DNA from: Clostridia bacterium
GTDB lineage: Bacteria > Bacillota > Clostridia > CAKSNL01 > HGM11501
DNA length: 64,000 nt
Assembly (NCBI GenBank): GCA_045545475.1
Contig: JAZQAZ010000034.1
Span: 33,287-97,286, forward strand
Direction: 5' to 3'
Positions 28,424 through 37,384 of this stretch are shown piece by piece. A model generated the notes under the pieces. The model had not been told where the DNA came from and made no database searches. It saw nothing but the letters and a program-made list of their open reading frames with translations. Numbering within the stretch: position 1 is the first letter of the stretch; the number at the start of each line of letters is the position of its first letter. Made by a program: the position numbers and the translations under genes.

Positions 28424-28541
28424 TCTGCCTTTTTATTGTAGGGGCGATTCGCGAATCGCCCATTTTTAAGGTCTTAGGATTATCCTAAAATATTGGAAGA
28501 TGCCATACATCTTCCCTGCTTGTTACAATGCCGGACATAAT

Positions 28542-29417
28542 TTATTTGTTCGAAATATATATTCCCGTTGTAATGAGCAAAAATGATATAATATATTGCA
28601 TTTTAAATATATTCTCGCCTAAAATCAAAGCTCCAAATATACATGCAAACACCGGTTCTGCAAATTTTACGATAAATAGTTTTGAAAGCTCCCCGTTTTT
28701 CACCACGGAAAACCAGATGCAATAGCTGAAAATTGATGCAAAACATATGTAAACCATGACAAATGCAGATTTGCTAAAGGCAAAGTCCATCCCCCCGCCC
28801 AGGAGATTGCCTATAATCAATAAAACTATACCGCCAAACAATTGTGATATTCCTGTTGATGTAATCGGTTTTACTGTTTGAAATACCTTTTTACTAATTA
28901 CATTTGAAAAAACGGTGCAAAAAGACGCTGCAATAATTAGTGCATCGCCAATATTAAAACTTATTCCACCAAAATTTGCATTTATCGCAACAATACCCAC
29001 AAATCCTATAAGTACGCCAATCAGTTTTTTTGCAGTAAGCTTGTCTTCTTTAAAAAACATAGAGGAAAAGCAAACATAAAATAATACACCAACTTGTTTT
29101 AATATTGCAGTTTTAGAACTATCTGTGAGCTTCAATGCACTATATGTAAAGCTATAATGCAAGATTATTGCAAAAAGTCCTGATAAAAGAACAGGAACTA
29201 ATGCATTTTTTGCATCTTTAAAGGAAACCTTATCTGTAATAAAAGTATACAAGCATATAAGTGCACCGCATATAGTAAACCTAACTCCGGCGAAAAACAG
29301 AATATCTCCGGTTGTTACAATGTTGTATGCACCATAACCGAGCTTTACCATAGGAAAAAGCGTTCCCCAAAGGAGCATTACCAAAAGTGCATAAAGCATA
29401 GATTTATTTTTACTCAT
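28542..29417 (-). CDS. EamA/DMT family transporter
   Basis: 10-TM 291-aa protein with duplicated EamA-like halves. Confidence 0.7.
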   Translation of the reverse strand: MSKNKSMLYALLVMLLWGTLFPMVKLGYGAYNIVTTGDILFFAGVRFTICGALICLYTFITDKVSFKDAKNALVPVLLSGLFAIILHYSFTYSALKLTDSSKTAILKQVGVLFYVCFSSMFFKEDKLTAKKLIGVLIGFVGIVAINANFGGISFNIGDALIIAASFCTVFSNVISKKVFQTVKPITSTGISQLFGGIVLLIIGNLLGGGMDFAFSKSAFVMVYICFASIFSYCIWFSVVKNGELSKLFIVKFAEPVFACIFGALILGENIFKMQYIISFLLITTGIYISNK

Positions 29418-30396
29418 TGCACACTCTCAAAACCACTTTGCCTATGTTTTCTCCTCTTTCTAAAATATCCAAAGCCTCGTTTGCCTCTTCCAAAGGCAGA
29501 ACCTTATATATGGATGGCTTCATTTCGCCTTTTTCAATTTTTGGCCATACTTTTTCTACAAGTTCAGCAAGAAGCAAAGCTTTTTCTTCGCTTGTGCGTT
29601 TTCTGAGCATGCTTCCAACAAGGTGAAGCCCTTTTGTAAGAAGAGGTCTTAACATAATATTTGTCTCTGTACCCGCAAGAGTTGAAATAACTACCCAATA
29701 TCCGCCTTCTGCCATATAAGGCAGGCTTTTACCAAGGGTTTCTCCGCACAGACAATCCATTGACATATTGACAGGAGTACCTTTTAATTCTTCTTGTTTT
29801 AAAAATTCCGAAACATCCTGCTTGGTGGAAATTATAACCACATCCGCACCAAGTGATACAATTTTTTCGGCAATTTCATCAGACAAAACGGAAGTAATAA
29901 CTCTTGCGCCAAAAGCTTTTGCCATAGGAATTGCAACAGATGCAAGGCCACTGGCGCCGGCAGGAATAAAAGCGGTTTGCCCCACTTTAAGATGCCCCTC
30001 CCAAAATAAATTCAAATATGAAGTTGCATATGCTTCAGGCAAGGTCGCCGCTTCTTCAAAGGATAAATTTTTTGGCATTGGCATAACCATTCCTTCCGGG
30101 GCACAAACATACTGTGCATAACCGCCTCCGCCTAAAAGGGCACAAACAGAATCGCCGATTTTAAATCTTCCCTTTTGTTTTGCGGTCTCTCCCATAGCGT
30201 CAACAGTCCCTGATACTTCAAGACCGGGCCACTCGGGCCAACCCTTTGGAGACGGATATGTCCCCTTCTTTTGCAAAAGGTCAGCACGATTTATGCCAAT
30301 CGCCTTGACTTTTATACGTATTTCATCGTCACCTGCATTTGGTATTTCCGCGTCTGTCAATAACAGCTTTTCTTCTTTAACAGTCATTGCTTTCAT
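29410..30396 (-). CDS. MDR-family quinone oxidoreductase / NADPH:quinone reductase-like
   Basis: Start trimmed to MKAMTVKEE; GroES-like N-domain and Rossmann GASGLASVAIPMAKAFGARVI. Confidence 0.72.
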   Translation of the reverse strand: MKAMTVKEEKLLLTDAEIPNAGDDEIRIKVKAIGINRADLLQKKGTYPSPKGWPEWPGLEVSGTVDAMGETAKQKGRFKIGDSVCALLGGGGYAQYVCAPEGMVMPMPKNLSFEEAATLPEAYATSYLNLFWEGHLKVGQTAFIPAGASGLASVAIPMAKAFGARVITSVLSDEIAEKIVSLGADVVIISTKQDVSEFLKQEELKGTPVNMSMDCLCGETLGKSLPYMAEGGYWVVISTLAGTETNIMLRPLLTKGLHLVGSMLRKRTSEEKALLLAELVEKVWPKIEKGEMKPSIYKVLPLEEANEALDILERGENIGKVVLRVCNE

Positions 30397-30412
30397 ATCA
30401 ATCAGTTCCTTT

Positions 30413-31468
30413 CTATAATCTGTAAACCACTTCGCCGTCTGCAATAGTCAAGATGCATCTGTATCCGTATTTGCTTTCAATGTGATTTTTGGCTGCGTCT
30501 GTCAGGTCAAAGCCTTCATCGGTATAGTCAAATACTGCAAGGTCAGCACGTCTGCCAACCCTTAAATATCCCCATTCGTTTTCTTTATGGAGAGCTTTTG
30601 CAGGGGCACAAGTTACTGCGCGGAAAATATTTTCTTCATTCATGCCAAGTGCTTTCGCTATGTTCATACACATAGTCATTCCGTATCTTCCGCCACGCTT
30701 ATAGGCGCTGAATTTAGTAATATCCGTGCTTATTGTATCCGGCAGATTTCCGTTCTTTATCGCACTTTCAAATACCGCAAAATCCGTATGGACATTTCCG
30801 GCAAAACCTGCATCAATAATAATTCCCTTTTCTTTTGCTTTGCTTAAGCACTCAAAATTATCTAAGGAAGCGTTATTTCCTCCGCCGTGGTATGCGTGAG
30901 TTATTATGTCGCCTTTGTTTAAGGTTTCTGAAATTTCAGACATACTGACAGGGGCGCCTGTCGTATGAACCATAACAATAAGGTCATTTCTTTTTGCATA
31001 ATCGCAAACTTCTTTCAGCGGATTAGTATCTCGCACATCCGAACTGTTAGTGTCAAAGTACACTTTTATTCCTGCCGCCTTTTCTCCGTAATATTCGAGT
31101 AATTTGATGGTGTTATCGAGTTGTGCTTTATTATCTTTAAAGTCAGCACGGAGGAAGACCTTATTTTTTATAAGGGAATTACTATACTGCTCTTTGCGGT
31201 CAGGCTCTGCTGAAGCATCAGCCGCCGCCGTAACACCAAAGGGAATACAGCTCATTTCTGCGTTTATTCCCCAGTAGCCAAACATATGCGTATGAATATC
31301 AACAAGCCCGGTCGAAACAACCTTTCCGTCCGCATCATATATGTAGTCGGCACTCTCTTTTATATCAGGCGCTATTGAGTGGATATGTCCGTTGTCTGTC
31401 AGAATGTCAGCGTATAAAAATTGTTCTCCGTCCCATACTTTCCCGTTTTTAATCAATATTTTTCCCAA
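30413..31468 (-). CDS. amidohydrolase family protein (metal-dependent, DHOase/D-aminoacylase-like)
   Basis: N-terminal LVDIHTHM metal-binding HxH motif; 351 aa. Confidence 0.68.
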   Translation of the reverse strand: MGKILIKNGKVWDGEQFLYADILTDNGHIHSIAPDIKESADYIYDADGKVVSTGLVDIHTHMFGYWGINAEMSCIPFGVTAAADASAEPDRKEQYSNSLIKNKVFLRADFKDNKAQLDNTIKLLEYYGEKAAGIKVYFDTNSSDVRDTNPLKEVCDYAKRNDLIVMVHTTGAPVSMSEISETLNKGDIITHAYHGGGNNASLDNFECLSKAKEKGIIIDAGFAGNVHTDFAVFESAIKNGNLPDTISTDITKFSAYKRGGRYGMTMCMNIAKALGMNEENIFRAVTCAPAKALHKENEWGYLRVGRRADLAVFDYTDEGFDLTDAAKNHIESKYGYRCILTIADGEVVYRL

Positions 31469-32462
31469 AGAATTTCACACCACCTATTATTTCACTTAAT
31501 ACCTCTTGCACAGCATATTCATGTTCGTATGTAAAAGGATTTTCTTTTGTGCCGTTGATATAAGCATAAAAATCTTTCATCATTTCATCGTATCTGCCTG
31601 TGTCAGTATTATCTTCAAACGGAATAAAAATCTTTCTGTCCTCATAGGTGGCATCTGCAATTGATGTATCAGAATATGTCATTGTAAGCGGACGCTCAAT
31701 CGGACAGATATTAACAGTTCCTTTGCTGCCTGACACCATAAACTGCCGTCTTCCAAATCCATTGACCTCAACAGAAGAAACAAAAACTCTTGCCAGTGCC
31801 TTTTCATATTCCAGAACAGCAAGATTATTATCCGCGAAATCAATGTCTTCTAACATTGTGTGCTTTAGGAATGCTGTTATATTATCGGGTTTTCCCAAGA
31901 TGTAAACTATTAAGTCAACCAAGTGAGAACCTAATATATACATAATTCCGCCACCGAAATTTGTGAGCCACCTTTTATAATCCTTTGGGTGATATGTACT
32001 CATTTCAGCATTGATAGAATAAATCTCACCGAGCTTGCCGTCTTTTATCAGTTCAAAGCATTTCTGTACTGCCGGATTATAACGAAACATATATGCTAAC
32101 TGTACAATAAGATTTTGTGCTTTTGCTGACTCTAACAAGCTTTTGTATTCTTCCAATGTGCCGCTTGCAGGCTTATCCATATGAATATGCTTTCCTGCAT
32201 CCACACATTTTTTTGCAGTTTCGGTTAAATCCCATACATCTGTTTCAATCAGCAAAGCATCGCATTTATGGATTAATTCATCCACCTGATATCTTGTTAA
32301 TCCTTCATATCCTTTTGCTTTACCACGTTTCTTTATCCATTCTTCGTTTTCTTCAGCAAAGCCAATGATTTCAAATAGTTCAGGAAATTTTCTGATTGCA
32401 AGCATTTTATCTTCGCCGTGATTATGTCCTATTCCAATTTGTCCGATTTTTATTTTTTTCAT
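31449..32462 (-). CDS. Gfo/Idh/MocA family oxidoreductase
   Basis: Start at ATG 32460-32462 (MKKIKIGQIGIGHNHG), overlapping upstream stop as ATGA; MDKP motif. Confidence 0.72.
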   Translation of the reverse strand: MKKIKIGQIGIGHNHGEDKMLAIRKFPELFEIIGFAEENEEWIKKRGKAKGYEGLTRYQVDELIHKCDALLIETDVWDLTETAKKCVDAGKHIHMDKPASGTLEEYKSLLESAKAQNLIVQLAYMFRYNPAVQKCFELIKDGKLGEIYSINAEMSTYHPKDYKRWLTNFGGGIMYILGSHLVDLIVYILGKPDNITAFLKHTMLEDIDFADNNLAVLEYEKALARVFVSSVEVNGFGRRQFMVSGSKGTVNICPIERPLTMTYSDTSIADATYEDRKIFIPFEDNTDTGRYDEMMKDFYAYINGTKENPFTYEHEYAVQEVLSEIIGGVKFFGKNID

Positions 32463-33475
32463 CACATATTCCTCCAATCAAATACTGTTCCCATCGGGAA
32501 GTTTTTGTCGTCGCAAAGTTCGTTGTAAATCTGCGGTGCATTTTCAGGCGATTCTATGCGTGATATAATAGGCTCTACCTGAATTCGCTTTGATGCTATC
32601 ATATCAAGGATTGCTCTGCAATCATCGTGATGTGTCCAGTGGTGCGGATAGGATTCAAACTTAGGACGCACAAAATTATGTGCACCGATAAGCTTAACAC
32701 CCGGGCGATGCACCTGCTGATAATAGTCGACTGCACTGTCCGAAACTCTTGTACAACCAAGAAGAGATATTCTTCCCATCCAGGACGCACACTCAAGTGC
32801 CTGATTCATAGCCTGTGCTATTCCCGTAACCTCAACACAGCCGTTTACCCCTTTACCCTTTGTAACTTCTTTTACTTTTTCCACAAAATCTTTGTCTGAC
32901 GGATCAAAAGCATAGTCGGCGCCAAGCTTTAATGCAAGCTCACGTCTTTGTGGATTAAGGTCTACTGCAATTACAGGATTTGCACCGGAAAGTCTTAAAA
33001 ACTGCGTTGCAAATATTCCAAGCAGGCCCTGTCCCATAACCATTGCGCTTTCGCCAAGCTCTATTTCCAGCTTCCTGACTCCGCCAAGCCCCATGGAAGC
33101 GATAATTACAAATGCCGCTTCAAGGGATGAAACATTATCATTTTCGACCTTTGTTATATCATCTTCGGTGCGGATATTATATTTAGAATGGCAGCCGTGA
33201 TAAACTAAAACTCTGTCGCCAACTGACACCTTTTTTACATCCTTGCCGATTTCTTCTACATATCCTACACCACAGTACCCCAGAGACATAGGGAATTTTT
33301 GCGAAGTATTGTTCATTCCTAAAATGCAGGCTCTTTCTGTACCGCCACTCACAACTGTATATTCCATTTTCGCAAGCACTTCATTTTCTTTTACTTTGCG
33401 GACTTCATTTTCTAAAAGCTCCGCCTTGTGAACATCTGTAAAAAATATCTGTTTATTTAACATATTGCACCTCAC
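32462..33475 (-). CDS. zinc-dependent alcohol/polyol dehydrogenase (MDR family)
   Basis: GYCGVGYVEEIG...GDRVLVYHGCHSKYN and Rossmann GQGLLGIFATQFLRLSGA. Confidence 0.72.
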   Translation of the reverse strand: MRCNMLNKQIFFTDVHKAELLENEVRKVKENEVLAKMEYTVVSGGTERACILGMNNTSQKFPMSLGYCGVGYVEEIGKDVKKVSVGDRVLVYHGCHSKYNIRTEDDITKVENDNVSSLEAAFVIIASMGLGGVRKLEIELGESAMVMGQGLLGIFATQFLRLSGANPVIAVDLNPQRRELALKLGADYAFDPSDKDFVEKVKEVTKGKGVNGCVEVTGIAQAMNQALECASWMGRISLLGCTRVSDSAVDYYQQVHRPGVKLIGAHNFVRPKFESYPHHWTHHDDCRAILDMIASKRIQVEPIISRIESPENAPQIYNELCDDKNFPMGTVFDWRNM

Positions 33476-33520
33476 TATATCTTTTTCATATTATCAATCA
33501 CAGCTTTAACTGTTTTTAAA

Positions 33521-33681
33521 TCAAGCTGTTCCATTGTACTGCTTTGGGAAAATCTGCCGACACAGAATATTATCTGCCCCGTCATACATACAATTTTTGA
33601 TTTCTGCAATTGCGTCTTTTGCAGTTTTTTCTCGGATAGCTCCTGCAATAGCAGGTGCCTGTAGTTTTGATAACACTTTCA
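33521..33681 (-). other. 53-aa ORF with RBS; weak resemblance to N-terminus of KDPG/KHG aldolase (possible gene remnant)
   Basis: MKVLSKLQAPAIAGAIREKTAKDAIAEIKNCMYDGADNI...; GAGGTGA RBS 8 nt upstream. Confidence 0.2.
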
Positions 33682-33812
33682 TAAAATCACCTCTTGATGC
33701 CATTATACAAAAGAGTGAAATAAAACGAAATAGCAAATATGATATTTTTATCAAATTTGCTACAAAATTATTGACAAAATATTTTCTATGATTTACAATT
33801 ATTCCAAAAGGT

Positions 33813-34580
33813 GTGATATATATGAATTTAGAAATTTTATCAGATTTGATTATTACCAAAGTCTATTCTGCAACTACAATGTATACAGAAAAAAATGCAA
33901 AAACTGAAAGAAATAATCGTCCAAACTGGGCAATTGTTATCAAATACGAAGGGGAAACCCTGTATGTTTCCGGTGGAAAATCCTATCTCTCAGACATAAA
34001 CAATCTTGTTATTTTACCAAAGGGCTGTTCTTATGAATGGCGGTGTACACATTCTGGACACTTTTCAATTATTGAATTTGAAAGCGAACTTGTATGTAAT
34101 GACATTTTCAGTTTTTATGTGAAGAACAGCGAGAAATTTTTAAAGCTTTTCAAGGAGCTGGAATATCAAAGAACTCTCAGAAAGCCGATGTATGAGGCTG
34201 AAAGTATTCGTGACACATATTCGATTCTGCTGATGCTGATACAATCTGTACAAAAAAAGTATTTACCTACCGAAAAAATAAATAAAATCAGTCCTGCATT
34301 AGATTATATTGCTAAAAACTATAATATAAATATTAAAAACGACATTCTGGCAAATCTTTGCAATCTATCAACTGTTTATTTCAGAAAACTATTTACCGAA
34401 ATTATGGGCACTTCACCAATATCGTATGTGCATGAACTGCGCATAAAAAAAGCCAAGGAAATGCTGAAAAGCGATTACGGCAGCATAACTGATATAGCAC
34501 AATCCTTGGGATATTTAAATATTTACGATTTTTCAAGAACTTTTAAAAAGTATGTTGGTATTTCACCATCAAAATACTAA
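33813..34580 (+). CDS. AraC family transcriptional regulator
   Basis: Cupin-type N-terminal domain + C-terminal HTH (LCNLSTVYFRKLFTEIMGTSPISYVHELRIKKAKEML). Confidence 0.75.
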   Translation: MIYMNLEILSDLIITKVYSATTMYTEKNAKTERNNRPNWAIVIKYEGETLYVSGGKSYLSDINNLVILPKGCSYEWRCTHSGHFSIIEFESELVCNDIFSFYVKNSEKFLKLFKELEYQRTLRKPMYEAESIRDTYSILLMLIQSVQKKYLPTEKINKISPALDYIAKNYNINIKNDILANLCNLSTVYFRKLFTEIMGTSPISYVHELRIKKAKEMLKSDYGSITDIAQSLGYLNIYDFSRTFKKYVGISPSKY

Positions 34581-34630
34581 AAAAGAGGCATAAATTATTG
34601 AAGTAGTCAATAATTTATGCCTCTTTTTTT
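34581..34630. terminator. bidirectional terminator between convergent AraC genes
   Basis: aaaaagaggcataaattattgaagtagtcaataatttatgcctcttttttt. Confidence 0.7.
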
Positions 34631-34678
34631 CTTTAACCATTATGTCCTTATGAGTACACCGCATATGCGGCGTTTTTT

Positions 34679-35551
34679 TTACTTTATGCTTGCTATATAA
34701 GCCTTAGGGGAAAAGCCGGTAGCTTTTTTGAAACTGCGGGAAAAGTTATGGATACTCGAATAGCCGAAAAGGTCAGATATCTGGCTTACAGACAGTGTTT
34801 TCGTGCGGAGCAGCCTCTTTGCCTCGCTTACGCGTAAGCTGTGATAATATTCTATAGGGCTTTGTCCAGTATCGTCACGGAAAAGCTTGCATAGCTGACT
34901 CTTTCCGATGGAGAACTTATCGCACACGGCACTAAGGGTAACGGTGCTGTATACGTTGGATGCAAGAAAATTTTTTACAAGCTCAATAACGGAGCTGTCG
35001 GTGAGGGTGCGGTTTTCCTCTTGAGTTGGAATTCTCATGAAATAGGAGTTTTTCTCACGGTAGAGCTTTATTAAAAATTCCGTCAGATAGCAGGATAAAA
35101 GCTGTGTTGCACCGAAGGGAGCATTTGAGAAATCAGGACTGTCGTGCTTTTCCTGAAATCTTCTGAATTTTCCCAGCGTTTGCTGTGCTTCTTTTATGAA
35201 AAGGGAGAGAAGGGTTTTTTCCGTGCTGTCCAAAGTGAAAATTTTCTTTTTGAAATAGTCCATAGCTTCCCCTTCCACACTGAAGGAAATGACAAGCATA
35301 TTATTTGGCACCTTCTGGTCGGAAATATGGGCGTGCAAATCATTGGGCTCGTGGAAAATTACCTGCCCCTGGGAAAGATGGGTGCTTACTCCGTCGGTTA
35401 CGGCGATGATTTCTCCATTATCCACATACACCAGCTCCCAGAAGTCGTGGCTTTCGGGGGCGTGGGTGAAATCCTTGGTGAACTCAAAGTAATATATGCT
35501 GTAAAAGCCAAGAACGTTTATTTCATTTTTTATTTTCTGAAGTTCGTACAT
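34679..35551 (-). CDS. AraC family transcriptional regulator
   Basis: Cupin N-domain, C-terminal HTH (SQISDLFGYSSIHNFSRSFKKATGFSPKAY). Confidence 0.78.
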   Translation of the reverse strand: MYELQKIKNEINVLGFYSIYYFEFTKDFTHAPESHDFWELVYVDNGEIIAVTDGVSTHLSQGQVIFHEPNDLHAHISDQKVPNNMLVISFSVEGEAMDYFKKKIFTLDSTEKTLLSLFIKEAQQTLGKFRRFQEKHDSPDFSNAPFGATQLLSCYLTEFLIKLYREKNSYFMRIPTQEENRTLTDSSVIELVKNFLASNVYSTVTLSAVCDKFSIGKSQLCKLFRDDTGQSPIEYYHSLRVSEAKRLLRTKTLSVSQISDLFGYSSIHNFSRSFKKATGFSPKAYIASIK

Positions 35552-35674
35552 CTATGTCACCTCGTCGGAATAAATGATACAAAATAGAACCAAAGTGATA
35601 AATACTTTTTATTTTTTTTATTATATAATAATAGTAGCGTAATGTCAATTTTAATTTGAAAGAGAGGTATATTT

Positions 35675-36373
35675 ATGAAAGTTCTGGCAGTTGGATGTCA
35701 TCCCGATGACGTTGAAATCGGATGCAGCGGCACACTCATCAAATGTGTAAAAAGAGGCGACGAGGTTATGGTTTGCCACGTAGCTAACGGCGATATGGGA
35801 CATGCTATTATTATGCCCCCCGAACTTCGTGAAATAAGAATAGGAGAGGCAAAAAAGGCAGGAAGTCTTGCCGGTATCAAGGTTACAACACTTGACATCG
35901 GAGACCTTATGCCCAATGCGGCTATCCAGGAACAGCGTGATAAGATGGTTAAGCTCTTAAAAGAGTTCCAGCCTGATTTTATTATTACTCACGCTCCCAA
36001 CGACTATATGCCCGACCACAGAGAGGTTTCAAAGCTTGTGTTTGACGCATCCTTTGCGGCAAGCGTACCTCACTACGGTGCAGAAGGTTCTGCTGCAGTA
36101 ACTCCCATTTTCTATATGGACAATCTTGCGGGAACAAACACCATTCCCACAGAGTATGTTGATATCACTGATGAAATCGACTTAAAGCTTCAGATGCTTG
36201 AATGCCACGAAAGCCAGCTTAAGTGGATGAGAGACCATGACCACATCGACTTTGCTGAGTTTGTAAAGAGCTGTTCACGCTTCCGCGGAATCCAGGCAAG
36301 CTGCGGCTATGCAGAAGGCTACACACAGGAGCTTTCCTGGCCCAGAATCACAACAAAGAGACTCTTACCGTAA
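35675..36373 (+). CDS. PIG-L/LmbE family N-acetylglucosaminyl deacetylase
   Basis: N-terminal MKVLAVGCHPDDVEIGCSGTL (HPDDE motif). Confidence 0.8.
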   Translation: MKVLAVGCHPDDVEIGCSGTLIKCVKRGDEVMVCHVANGDMGHAIIMPPELREIRIGEAKKAGSLAGIKVTTLDIGDLMPNAAIQEQRDKMVKLLKEFQPDFIITHAPNDYMPDHREVSKLVFDASFAASVPHYGAEGSAAVTPIFYMDNLAGTNTIPTEYVDITDEIDLKLQMLECHESQLKWMRDHDHIDFAEFVKSCSRFRGIQASCGYAEGYTQELSWPRITTKRLLP

Positions 36374-36393
36374 AATAAAAGGAGGAAAAAAAC

Positions 36394-37332
36394 ATGGATT
36401 TTTTAACAACAGTAAAAGGCAGTCTTCTTGAAGGCTTCTATCCCAAGGGATGGGATATGGCTAAAATTGACGCTTGCTGCGACAAGGGCGTTGCAAGAGA
36501 GGATTTCTGGCATAAGGATTTCAATCCTGTTGAGTGCCAGAACATCTATGAATTTGACACACTTATGGGTCACGAAATTGCTCTTCAGATTAAGAAGGCA
36601 AAGGAAGAGGGTATTAAGCTTGCTATGATTCTTCCCGTAGGTCCCATGGGTATGTACAAGTGGGCATCCTACTTCATCAACGAATGGAACATCAAGTGCG
36701 ACCACGTTTACACATTTAATATGGACGAATGGGCTGACGGTGACGGAAATACTCTTGAAAACACCAACCCCGCTTCCTTCGAATACAGCATGAAGCAGGC
36801 ATTTTTCGATAAGCTTGGAGAAAATACAGTTCCTCCCGCTCAGAGAAATTTTGCTACAAAGGCAAACCTTCCCACATATCCCGAAAAGATTGCAGCGTTA
36901 AAGGCTGAAGGTGCACGTCTTGTTCTTGTATTCGGTATCGGAAGAATGTGCCACATCGCATTCTGGGAGCCTCACTTTGCTGACGACTTTAACTCTGTTG
37001 AAGAGTGGAAGAGCCAGTGCTACAGAATCGGAGCTAAGCTTCATCCTCTTACAATAGAGCAGAACGCTATTACAAGCTTTAAGAGCCGTTCTACACTTGT
37101 TCCCTGCAGAGCTAACACAATCGGTCCCGGCCTCTTCTTACAGGCTGACTATATTATCGGCGGATGCGACGGTGCTCTCGGTAGAGGAATGGGCTGGCAG
37201 GGTATGAGCTTTTTAACAACTCTCCACTACGGTCCCGAAATCAGCATTCCTTCAACATTTATGCCTACAATGCCCGGAAGACTCTTCTATCTTTCTGAGC
37301 TTGCAGGTCCGTTAGTTGCTGAATGTAACTAA
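36394..37332 (+). CDS. glucosamine-6-phosphate deaminase/isomerase (NagB) family protein, long form
   Basis: Alignable by eye to E. coli NagB: [10 protein letters not shown].., ..FFD.., [17 protein letters not shown] (cf. GVGNDGHIAFNEP); ~70-aa N-terminal extension. Confidence 0.65.
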   Translation: MDFLTTVKGSLLEGFYPKGWDMAKIDACCDKGVAREDFWHKDFNPVECQNIYEFDTLMGHEIALQIKKAKEEGIKLAMILPVGPMGMYKWASYFINEWNIKCDHVYTFNMDEWADGDGNTLENTNPASFEYSMKQAFFDKLGENTVPPAQRNFATKANLPTYPEKIAALKAEGARLVLVFGIGRMCHIAFWEPHFADDFNSVEEWKSQCYRIGAKLHPLTIEQNAITSFKSRSTLVPCRANTIGPGLFLQADYIIGGCDGALGRGMGWQGMSFLTTLHYGPEISIPSTFMPTMPGRLFYLSELAGPLVAECN

Positions 37333-37384
37333 GAAAATAACATAGGAATAAAAAACTGTCATCCGTCAGGATGACAGTTTTTTA

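Noticed and set aside
33521-33859. 112-aa minus-strand ORF overlapping the AraC gene start
   Set aside because: Only the distal 53 codons (33521-33681) have an RBS. The longer form overlaps the divergent AraC promoter and gene. It is kept only as a low-confidence small ORF or eda-like remnant.
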